Of a stretch of DNA of 64,000 nucleotides, positions 1-10,224 are shown piece after piece. How positions within the stretch are numbered: the first letter of the stretch is position 1; each line of letters starts with the position of its first letter. The notes below the pieces were generated by a model that saw nothing but the letters and a program-made list of their open reading frames with translations, ran no database searches and was not told where the DNA came from. The translations under genes and the position numbers were made by a program. The stretch is from Blepharisma stoltei ATCC 30299 (Eukaryota; Protista; Ciliophora): positions 1 to 64,000 of the forward strand of contig CBFDEM010000040.1 in the NCBI GenBank assembly GCA_965603825.1. The letters are read 5' to 3'.

Positions 1-716
1 TAACACCCTAACACCCTAACACCCTAACACCCTAACACCCTAACACCCTAACACCCTAACACCCTAACACCCTAACACCCTAACACCCTAACACCCTAAC
101 ACCCTAACACCCTAACACCCTAACACCCTAACACCCTAACACCCTAACACCCTAACACCCTAACACCCTAACACCCTAACACCCTAACACCCTAACACCC
201 TAACACCCTAACACCCTAACACCCTAACACCCTAACACCCTAACACCCTAACACCCTAACACCCTAACACCCTAACACCCTAACACCCTAACACCCTAAC
301 ACCCTAACACCCTAACACCCTAACACCCTAACACCCTAACACCCTAACACCCTAACACCCTAACACCCTAACACCCTAACACCCTAACACCCTAACACCC
401 TAACACCCTAACACCCTAACACCCACCTAACACCCTAACACCCTAACACCCTAACACCCTAACACCCTAACACCCTAACACCCTAACACCCTAACACCCT
501 AACACCCTAACACCCTAACACCCTAACACCCTAACACCCTAACACCCTAACACCCTAACACCCTAACACCCTAACACCCTAACACCCTAACACCCTAACA
601 CCCTAACACCCCTAACACCCTAACACCCTAACACCCTAACACCCTAACACCCTAACACCCTAACACCCTAACACCCTAACACCCTAACACCCTAACACCC
701 TAACACCTAACACCCT
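1..716 (+). repeat. Telomere, (CCCTAACA)n, about 89 units
   Basis: Near-perfect 8-mer tandem array from base 1, with irregular units near 421-427, 609-612 and 706-708. CCCTAACA is the heterotrich (Stentor/Blepharisma) telomere unit. Confidence 0.98.
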
Positions 717-1516
717 TCGACGCTATAATTATTTTCATCGAAAGCTTTTTCTATGCTATAGAGCTTGCTATTAAGATGCTGGATTGTATCTTCAAGTTTA
801 ATAATAAGCGAATTTATCACTTCGTATTTAAAATTTTGAGACTTTCTATCTTCCTCAGCTTCACTTCATTGATTAGAAATGCTATACTTTATTTCTGCAA
901 GTTGACTGCTATTTGAGTCAATATGCTCATCAAGCCTTTTTTCAATGCTGCAAATTCTGCTTTCGAGATAAGCTTCAAATTTGTTTTTAATAAATGAATT
1001 AATCATTTTCTCGATTTGATCACTAAGTCCACAGAACAATTCCGAGCTGCTGAAAAAGTCTTTGCTTTTTGGGATCATTTCTTTAAGCTTCTCAATAGCT
1101 TCATCAGGGCACAAAGACAATAGGTTTAAAATTGGATCTTGCTCCATTTTTGACAGCCTTTTAGCTTTTGAAATTTTCTCAAAGAAACACCTAATTTTCT
1201 CGAGCTCAGACTCTAGCTTTCTTAGGAAATCTTCAAGGTTGGTTTCTGAACTGTAAATATTACTGCTGAAAGAGGCCACAATTTTTCCTTTATGCTCATC
1301 AATCATAGCCTTTTCTTCTGTAAGGAACTTAAGAATGGCATCTTTGGTTCCTTCAAAAGGCTCCAAAAATACAGACTCAAAAGTATGAGTTCTGTTTCTC
1401 AGTTCACAATGAGTCATAAAGTGTGCCTTGCAAGAATAAGTCTCAGGAGATGTGCATCGGCATACATATTCAACTTCAATTTCACAGTTTGCATAGAAGC
1501 ATCGCTTATTTTCCAT
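707..1516 (-). CDS. Cys/His zinc-finger-like N-terminus plus coiled-coil protein, running into the telomere (probably truncated)
   Basis: ATG at 1516 (MENKRCFYANC...CRC...CKAHFMTHC...H). With TGA 868-866 read as Trp the frame stays open (...ENNYSVEGC) until TAG at 709-707, inside the telomeric repeat. Confidence 0.7.
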
Positions 1517-2880
1517 ATTTATTATAATTAACAATTGGGGCTTTACGTATTTTTTGTCTTATAAATATCATCAAAGGAAAATTTATTTAATCATGGTTAT
1601 TTAAAATTTCCGAGATTTTCATAATTGAAAACAATTTCTTTTTACTACAGGATACTTATATTTTGTTAATAGTAGGTATGTATTACCTTAAGGATCCTAT
1701 TAGAGCACGATTCTCTTGTATTAGAATAGCATAATTTTGATTGAAGATGTTAGGCCTCTATCTGCATTTAGAGCGTTTATTAGAGTTAAATTTTGAAAAC
1801 AAATTTTCTGGAATTTTCGACTGAAACAGAGCAACTAGCCCGGACGCAGCATCAATTATATACTGAATACACTCCGAATATTCCTGCAAGGAGTCTTCAG
1901 CACTCTGTATTTAACTATTTTAAACTTCACGAGCAGCACAGTGCTATAATTGCTTATATAGCATTACTGCTAGCAAAACCTATCTGTGTAATTACATATG
2001 AGATCTCAGTAGACTTTGGCCAAGGCGTCATATATATTATTACCAAAATATGATAACTGCTTATCACTACTATCATCCTTCCAATTATATCTACTTAAAT
2101 TTAAGATAAATTAACATGATGCACTGTATTATATAAACATGCTATGCAGGTGGAAAAATTAATAACCCAATAATGGAAATTAAATATGCTAAATTGTTGT
2201 AATAAATTCTCTATGTGAATCCACCGATCTATAATTAAAGATACATTATATTTAATATATTGAATTATTATGCCCAATCACCATTCTAGCAGTTATTAGC
2301 AAGTTATTATAATATATGATAATTTATTTCTCATATCAAGTATATAGCGTTTTTAAAAATAATTAGCTCTTAAATAGCAAGCCCACTTAATATTTGTTTA
2401 TAGATTTATTAATCTTCAAATAAAAATAGGTAATTTACAATTAAACATATTAATTTTACACGATTAAAGGGAGATATGTGTCTATTCTAGATAGAACGGA
2501 ATTTTACCCTGCTAGACCCACCTCTAATTAAGATTAAAACCCTTTGAAATATAAATTTAATTAATTAAATTATTTATCATAAATTAAATGATAAAAATAA
2601 TAATAATATTTTAAAATAAAATTTCCCCCTCAACTTACTTTGTCCTGCTGCTTTTTTACTTTCAAAAACACAGGTAGTTTTTTCCGACGGTTTTTCAAAA
2701 ATTATGCAGGAAAAAGCCTCCACAGCAATTTTTCTTTGATTTTTCAATAGAAAACGGCCTTTGAAATCTAAAAACTGGATATTTTCTTAATACTAAAGCC
2801 TAAGTAAAATATTTACGCTATCCCTTAGAAATTTGAATTAATTAATTTATCATTGAAAAGTGGATTAAGAAACTAATCTA

Positions 2881-3987
2881 TTAGTTAAAGAGAATAAGGA
2901 TAGCTGAATAAGCAAGTAGTTCAGCTCCATCCCATGAACCCATATCATCGTTTGGATTAAAGATACCCATTTCATTAGCGCATGCATCAATTTTTCCTGA
3001 TGAATAAAGAGACCATGCATTTCTGATTTGGTACATACTCCAATAATACGAGTATCCGTCTTTATCAATTGAGTTGCAGTTAACCAAGGTTTCTAGATCG
3101 TCTTTCAAATCTGTAATATGAGCATATTCTCCTGCACAATCACTGCTAGAATACTGGAATTTTTCATAAAAGTTGTCATCGAAGCCATTTATGTAAGGTG
3201 CATCTCCAATATGGCAATATCCAGTTGAGGAGCTTCCTGTACCATCGCAGACACATTTTTCGCTCGTATAAGTTGATCCACCTAACTTCCAAGAGAAAAC
3301 ACAGTTATTTCCGATTGAGCAACTCCATGGCTCAGTGACATAATCATTGATAACTTTAACTTGCAAACTGTCGCAAACCCCATTAATTGCATATCCTGAT
3401 TTGCAGTAATAGCCATTGCTGGAAGTGTCTCCATTGGATAGTGACCAATACTGAATGCAAAAACCTAAAAGGCAGCCATATCCAGCCTTGCATTCATAGC
3501 TATAGGTGCATGAATCTCCTGATTTCTTGACAGCTGTACAGGTTCCAGTTGTACCACCACTGCAATAAAGGTCTTTTTCACATTCCTCACTTGATGTGCA
3601 GGCTTCTCCTTCAGCAATTCCAAGGCATTGATGATTTGTGACATCGCAACTATTGCTGGAGCAGTCTCCGTTTGCACAGCAGTATTCATAAGTGCTGAGA
3701 GATCCATCATGCTCTGTTGGGCATGATACTGTCTCAGTAGCGGAAGAAGTTTCACATGTGGAGGACTCGTATGTGTCATATTTGTCGTCAAGTGAATAGA
3801 ACTGCTTTAAGCCTTGACATTCTGAGCCGCTTGGGCATGGGTTGAGGGTGACAGTAGACCCTGAAACTGATACACAAGCACCTGAAGAAGAGGTTCCTGT
3901 CGAACCGCAAACAAGTGTTGAGCAACTTGATGTCTCTAAAGCTAGCACCCCACTAGCCAAGAGCAAAAATATTATTAAAATTTGGAC
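2881..3987 (-). pseudogene. Cys-rich secreted/GPI-type surface protein paralog lacking its ATG
   Basis: Clearly homologous to 47713-48810 and 50450-51544 (TVTLNPC, CIGIAE, EPW, FYEKFQY, AWSLYSSG, SWD-AE-LA tail). The codon aligning with the paralogs' Met is TAA (3990-3988). Confidence 0.7.
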
Positions 3988-6059
3988 TTATGGATTATTG
4001 GTCAGAAATTTTATAAAATTAATTTTTCAAAATTAGCTAGCCACGCCTTCAAAACTAAAGAAATTTCAGCATATCTAGATGAGAGCATCAAGCTTCTTTA
4101 TTTAATTTGCTGAATTTCAAATCACTTTTGGACAATTAGATAAATTGGCAAAAGCCATTTAGAATTTTATTGATCAAAGAGGATGATTTTCATGTGATGG
4201 CCAACCCTGGCTGTTCGATTGAGAAAGCTACTAAATTTTGATTTTGGAATGATAAGGAATTAAAAGGCTGGCTCGACAAGATCTTTTAAGGGTGCAAAAT
4301 TCTAAAGTTTAAAAGAGTTCTGCTTGGAACTATTTGGCTAGGGGTTTTAGATTAGCAAGCATGGGCGAGGTTTGGTTTAGAAAATGAGGTTCCTGAAAAA
4401 TCCTGCACTGGTCATTAGGGAAATCCTCCATCACAAAAGGGGATTAGCTGGGTTCATGCTAAGAAGAGGCCACCCTACATTTTTCTGTAATCCAGGAGCT
4501 TCGCTAGGAAATAGCGCTGTCGAAGCCTTATAGTAAATCATAGAGAGTTATTCTAAATAATTTATGACTTTAGATAGCTAATACTTATTTTTTACCCCAA
4601 GCCTAGCATTATTAAAAGCTTTCTATAATCAGAAATCAAGGAAAGCTAGAAAAATTTCTAAATTCTTTTCTTCAGTGCCTTAGACTTAATAATTAGCAAA
4701 GAAACATTATTTCGAAAATAAATCTTTATGTGATGCAAATTCTGTTGGCAAAATTTCCATCATTTTTACCAGAATCTTAATTTTTGAGTTGCCAGATGCC
4801 TTTGAAGTGAATTTTAAGGGAAGAAAATACTCAATAAAAGCTTAAAAATTTTATTCTTTATGAAATAGTTCAATAGAGTAAGCTTCTTTGCATAAATCAA
4901 TAATCTTTTAAACTTCTTAATTAGAATCATTAAATTTCGAGCATATTTTTAAAGAAAGCAAAATCCCGAGTCTTATAATAGTTATGCGCTGATGTGATTT
5001 GAATTCTTCCAAGTGCCAAAAATTAATTGCCACGCAGAGGCTTATGGTGATCAGACTCCCGCGGGCCATATTATATTTGGCACATGGAAAGCGATATAAC
5101 CGAATGTTCAGCACTATATCTTTATAAAACTTTCTTAAATCCTGATTACATTGATAAGATTTAAAGAAAAATTATATAAATGACATTAAGAAATTATCCA
5201 TAGTCGTAACTAGGCATTTTCTTTTTCTAAAATATTTTGCATTGAGTATCCCAATAGCGTTTGCAATTCATCTTCTGGCCTTTGAAGTAGCTTATGATAA
5301 CTAAACTTATATTTTGTCATTATTTATTTATGGTAAAGGAATTCTGCAACTGCTCAAGTTAATTAATATTCATTTCATAGACTCTTCTTTTAAATTTCCC
5401 ATCAATATTAATTTTTTATCCCAAGATTTTAAATTACTTTCAATTAAAATTATTTCATTATTTTTAAGTTTGATATTTTCTTATTAAGTTGAAAATTTTA
5501 TTTATTTTTTATATTAGAAGAGCAAACCATATAGCCCTTATTTATCTATATATAATAATAGTTTGAAAATAGATTGCCCTTTATTAAATAGGTGAAGTTT
5601 CAAAGAATTCTAACCCAAAAGTATATGGGAGCTTGAGGTAACCAAATATTGCTCATCCAAGAAGTATCTATTGAAAATATACTATCTAATATAAAACGAA
5701 TTGAATAGCATTTAAATCAGTCTTCTCGCAATCTTAGATGAGGCAAAATATAATAAGTTAAAGACCTATGATTAAATTAATCTATTTTTAGATGAATTAA
5801 AGAACTAAAATTAAACAATTTTTTAATTATTAATGTTTACACCTGTTAAATACCAGTTTGTTGAAATTTTATAACTTAATTAATAATTCAATATTAAATA
5901 CTTAACTACAAAATTTCCTTTATGTTAACCAATTATTAGCAAAACATCCACAAAACAAAGGGTAAAACAATAACTCATGTAAACTAAAGCTTTGAGAAGC
6001 CGTCTTCATCATTTCCCCTGGATAGGTTTCCATAGGTGACTGGTGGACTTCGCATTTCA

Positions 6060-6577
6060 GTATTGACTCTGACTTAGAGGCATTTAGCCATAATGGAACA
6101 GATAGTAGCATCGCAACGCCTACTTGTCAGGAAATCGCATGAACCAGTGATCTGACCCAACAGCTCCCCTTGTACTGAGTTGGATTACTGTAGCTATATC
6201 AGTTTATCAGTAGGGTAAAACTAATCTGTCTCACGAAGTTCTAACTCAGCCCAAATTCCCTATTAGCGGGTGAACAATCCGACATTTGGTGAATTCTGCT
6301 TCACAATGATAGGAAGAGTTGACATCGGAGAATCAGCAAGCAACGTCGCTATAAACGCTTGGCTGACACAAGCCAGTTCTCCATGTGGCAATTTTTCTGA
6401 TGCAACTGGCTAATGACTTTTAAAAAGTAAAGGGTCGATAGGCCACGCTTTCGCGGTTTGCACTCGCACTGAGAATCAAAATAAAGCAAGCTTTTTCCCT
6501 TTTGGTCTATAAAAGATTTTGTTCTCTTTGATTTTGCCATAGGACACCTGCGTTACTGTTTAACATATGTGCCGCCC
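6060..6577 (-). pseudogene. Degenerate 28S (LSU) rRNA 3'-region fragment, relic copy 1
   Basis: Reverse complement of conserved LSU segments (GACTTAGAGGC, CAGTAGGGTAAAACTAA, GGGTGAACAATCC, CACAATGATAGGAAGAG, GGACACCTGCGTTAC) with many substitutions at normally invariant positions. Left boundary is approximate. Confidence 0.9.
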
Positions 6578-7633
6578 TTCCGTCAATTCCTTTAAGTTTA
6601 AGTTTTGCGATAATACTCCCCAGAACCTAAAGAATTTGATTTCTCAGAAGGTACTTTTAATGACACCTTAAATCTCTAGTCGGCATAGTTTATGGTGAAG
6701 ACTTCGACGGTATCTTATCTTCTTTGATCCCTTAGCTTTCGTTCTTAATTAATGAAAAGATCCTTGGCAAATGCTTTCGCATAATAAATCATAGAATTTC
6801 ACTTCTGACAATTAAATACAATGCCCCAACTATCCCTATTAATCGTTACTAAGCGCTATAACACCAATAGATGGAACCCAGTCTCTTCTATTACTCCATG
6901 CTGGACGATTCAGGTTCAAGCCTACCTGAAACACTCCCATTTGCTCAAGATGAAGTACCTGATCACGACAGCGATAAGTTAATGCCGAAGCCGTTGCTGA
7001 GATGGATGCCAGAAGGTCAGCGACTAGCCCCGAAGCTTCAAGTTCGAGTTTTTTAATTGCAACAACTTTAATATATACTATTGGAGCTGAAATTACCGTG
7101 GCTGCTGGCACCAGACTTTCCCTCCAGTGAATACTCAAAATGCTTATACACTTAACTCATTCCAATTGCAAGATAAAGCCTCGCGCTGTTATTTCTTGCC
7201 ACTACCTCCCTAAGTATGATTGAGTAATTTGCGCACTTGCTACCTCCTTAGATGCGGTTACCATTTCTCAGACTCCCTCTCCGGAATCGAATCCTAATTC
7301 TCCATCACTGTCATTGCCATGGTAGTCCAATAAACTCATCAAAAGCTGATAGGGCAGAAACTTGAATGCTTCTCTACATCGAGTTCGCTAAGTTATTATG
7401 ATACTTCCACAGGGTCGCCTCCGTTGGGTTTTATCTAATAAATACTGCGCATGCAGCATAAACAGCATGCATTAGCTCGAGAATTGCTACATCGACCCAT
7501 ATAAACGTCTAGCAAATAAACTATGACTGTTTTAATGAGCCATTCACAGTCTCGCCGGATAATTGTTTACACTTAGACATGATGGCTTAATCTTTGAGAC
7601 AAGCATATGACATATGGCAGGATCAGCCAGATT
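6574..7633 (-). pseudogene. Degenerate 18S (SSU) rRNA, 5' portion, relic copy 1
   Basis: Contains CCGTCAATTCCTTTAAGTTT, ATTACCGtGGCTGCTGGCACCAGACTT, GGCTTAATCTTTGAGACAAGCATATGAC and the SSU 5' end at about 7633. Many mismatches and small deletions. Joined directly to the LSU fragment. Confidence 0.92.
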
Positions 7634-8385
7634 ACTATCTTTCACTTTATATAATTGAGACTTGCTATAAGAGTATAGCTAGATCACTACAGAGCAGCCC
7701 TAAGTTATTGCACTTTCTTTAAAAATAGTTCTCAGGTAATTGGCACCAGATCTCAAAACAGCTTAAATCGAAACTCATTTGTGGGTTATAGGGTCAGTGT
7801 GGCATTTCCTTGAATTCGTTTCCCACATGGGTACTAGCAACTGTTACTCTGTTTCCATTTTTCTTTTCGGCCCCCATATATAACAAAATTTTTTTTTTCT
7901 TTTTTGCAATAGGGTCTTTTTGGAGAAATGGCTAAAATGGCTAAGTCAAAATGAATAAAAATTTATAAATGGAGGAGAAAGATAGCTTAAAAATAAAAGT
8001 ACTCCAAACCCCATTGAAAATTATAAGTTTTTGAGATTAGTAATTGGATTCATGAAGAACCAAAGTAAATTATTATGAGTTATTGACCTATAGATAAATA
8101 ATTAAGATAATATGGCGTTTAATCGATAACAAGCAGATGCAATTCTTTTACAAAAAAATTTAAGTTTTAAAGCGTACAAAAGGATTTTTAACTACTAAGA
8201 TTTTTTCTTCATGATAAATCAAATTTTAAATTGCATAATTGATATTTTATCTCCTTATTAATTAGAAAAATACTTATTTGTCTTTTATTCATCTTAATTT
8301 GGATATGCATGCATGCTTGTTTAGAAAACAATTACGATAATGTCTTACAATTATTAAAATATAATAGATGAGTGAATCATTGCAT
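7385..8385. repeat. Direct repeat unit A (SSU 5' end + 5'ETS/upstream flank), homologous to 9975-11110
   Basis: Shared blocks include CAGAGCAGCCCTAAG, AAACTCATTTGTGGGTTATAGGG, CACATGGGTACTAGCAACTGTTACTCTGTTTCCATTTTTCTTT, GAACCAAAGTAAA and ATTGCATAATTGATATTTTATCTCCTTATTAATTAG. Confidence 0.9.
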
Positions 8386-9101
8386 ATGATGTGAAAACAA
8401 AAGAAAAAATTGTTTATAGTGATGTACTCCCAATTACAATTTTCGGCGATTACGGAAGGGCAATGACATGCATAATACCAGACACTCAACTCTTTATTTA
8501 CGGAGGATACATAAAAGAATACCGTGCACGAAAGGACGCAATTATGATTGATTTAGTCTCAATGGAATCAAAAATACTAAAATCAGGAAAAAAGCGTGCT
8601 GGAGGAGGTTTGGCCCAATTTGGAGGGCAAATTTATATATTTGGAGGTATTAAAAATCTTAAGTGAAATCATATAGAGTGTGATAAGTACGATATACGAA
8701 CTAATACTTGGATAAGTATAGCTAGCTTGCCTTGTGGCTCAGGAGCAGTTTGTGCAGAAGTATTTGGTAATGATATTCTGGTTGCAGGATTCTGGCTAGA
8801 CGCGTTATATTCTTATTCAATTGGGAAAAACACTTATTCGCGTTTATTTGGCCTCATAACTGAAGAAAGAAAAATGCTTATTGTATCTGAAGGCAGAGTA
8901 TGAATTATGTGTAACAATTTTGGGTTTTTTGAAAGTCAACAATATGGTCTCTCAAGATGAAATAGGATATGCGGTGTAACAAACCTTGGGCTTTACATGA
9001 CTCAGTACGTAAAATTTGAAAATAAATTATATTTTGAAGATGGATATATGAATGTTTATTCTTTTGATTTATCAACCAGAAAGTTTAGAATTTTACAATA
9101 A
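8358..9101 (+). pseudogene. Kelch-repeat (beta-propeller) ORF without an N-terminal ATG
   Basis: With TGA=Trp the frame is open 8358-9101 and has kelch motifs (LFIYGG, IYIFGG...CDKYDIRTNTWISIASLP, ILVAG). An in-frame TAA lies at 8355-8357 and the first ATG is inside the first blade. Confidence 0.65.
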
Positions 9102-9315
9102 AAGCTAAATTGTGAGGTCCCATTAGTTATAAGATTTAATTGTAAATAATTATTAAAAATTGGAAATTCGCTGTTGAAGTGTTATGGGACTATCACACTT
9201 GGATTGTTTTTTACTATAGAATATTCTGTTATTTATAATATTTTTAGTATTATCTTTGTAAAATTAATAGTCTTTAAATAAAAGAAGTGAAATTTAAATT
9301 TCCAATGAAAAATAG

Positions 9316-9510
9316 AGAAACCTCACCCTCTATGGTTCATCATTCCAACTGAGTTACACCTGCCCCGTAGTGTAAAGTCTATGCCTCAACTGTACCATTC
9401 TGGATCGATATCCGTTCACTCGCCATTACTAGGGCAATCCTTACTAGTTTCTTTTCCTCCGCTAAGTAATATGCTTAAGTTCAGCGGGTAATCTTGCTTG
9501 ACTTAAGGTC
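9316..9510 (-). pseudogene. Degenerate 28S rRNA 5'-end fragment, relic copy 2
   Basis: CCGTTCACTCGCC-TTACTAGGG-AATCC, TTTCTTTTCCTCCGCT...ATATGCTTAAGTTCAGCGGGTAATC (ITS4 primer region). Confidence 0.9.
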
Positions 9511-9569
9511 CTATCTGATCCCATATACAATCTGCCAGATCCTGATAGGAGAACTTGGCTGGCGAAGGA

Positions 9570-9690
9570 GATACTGAAGTGAACATGTCCAAAGGGCGTT
9601 GATTGTGTTCAAAGATCTACTGACTCATGGTGTTTTGCAATTTGCAGTGCTTTTCGAAGTTTTCTGCATTCTTCGTTGTTACAAGAGCCA
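9570..9690 (-). pseudogene. Degenerate 5.8S rRNA, flanked by ITS2 (~9511-9570) and ITS1 (~9690-9722)
   Basis: GTTCAAAGAT...TGCAATT...CTGCATTCTTCGTTGTTACAAGAGCCAA resembles the 5.8S reverse complement and lies in the expected order between LSU 5' and SSU 3'. Boundaries are approximate. Confidence 0.8.
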
Positions 9691-9722
9691 ATAAAAAGTG
9701 TGTTAGGTAAATAAGGATGTGC

Positions 9723-10224
9723 TAATGATCCATCTGCAGGTTCATCTACAGAACCTTGTTACGATTTCTCCTTCTTCTAAGTGATAAGGTTTGATTAGCT
9801 TCCCACACACGAGGTGTGCAGTCCGGAGGATTCGCCTCATACTCAAAATCGGTAGGAGCGGTGGGCAGTGGCAATCCAAGTTGATGGCTTTCACTTACTA
9901 GGAATTCCTCGTTGACTCGTTGATGACCAATAATTCAGGAGTCAATCCCCATCATGATGCAATTTTGAAGATTATTCGCTAAGCAATTATTATTCTTCCA
10001 TAGGATCGCCCCCGTTGGGTTCTATCTAATAAATACTATGCAGAGCGTAACCAGCATGCATTAACTCTAGAATTACAAAGGTTATCCATATAAACGTATT
10101 CCAAATAAACTATACTGTTTTTTAATGAGTCGTTTGCAGTCTCGCCGTATAATTGCTTACACTTAGGCATTCATGACTTAATCTTTGAGACAAGCATATG
10201 ACTACTGACAGGATCAGTCAGATT
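9723..10224 (-). pseudogene. Internally deleted 18S rRNA (3' ~250 nt joined to 5' ~250 nt), relic copy 2
   Basis: SSU 3' end TAATGATCC-TCTGCAGGTTCA...ACCTTGTTACGA at 9723. At about 9975 it jumps to SSU 5' sequence matching 7385-7633. An 8-nt tandem duplication CTCGTTGA lies at 9908-9923. Confidence 0.9.

Noticed and set aside
1-716. CRISPR array or satellite
   Set aside because: No spacers; a terminal 8-mer array matching the heterotrich telomere unit.
4140-5120. Locally GC-richer patches that might be an ncRNA (e.g. telomerase RNA) or rDNA spacer
   Set aside because: No template-like motif or convincing structure seen by eye; an Rfam/Infernal search would be needed.
6349-7138. Track ORFs inside the rDNA relic
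   Set aside because: Chance frames over rRNA-derived sequence.
6060-10224. Functional or naturally fragmented/scrambled rRNA genes
   Set aside because: Substitutions hit universally conserved positions, and even both copies together lack most of the LSU and part of the SSU.
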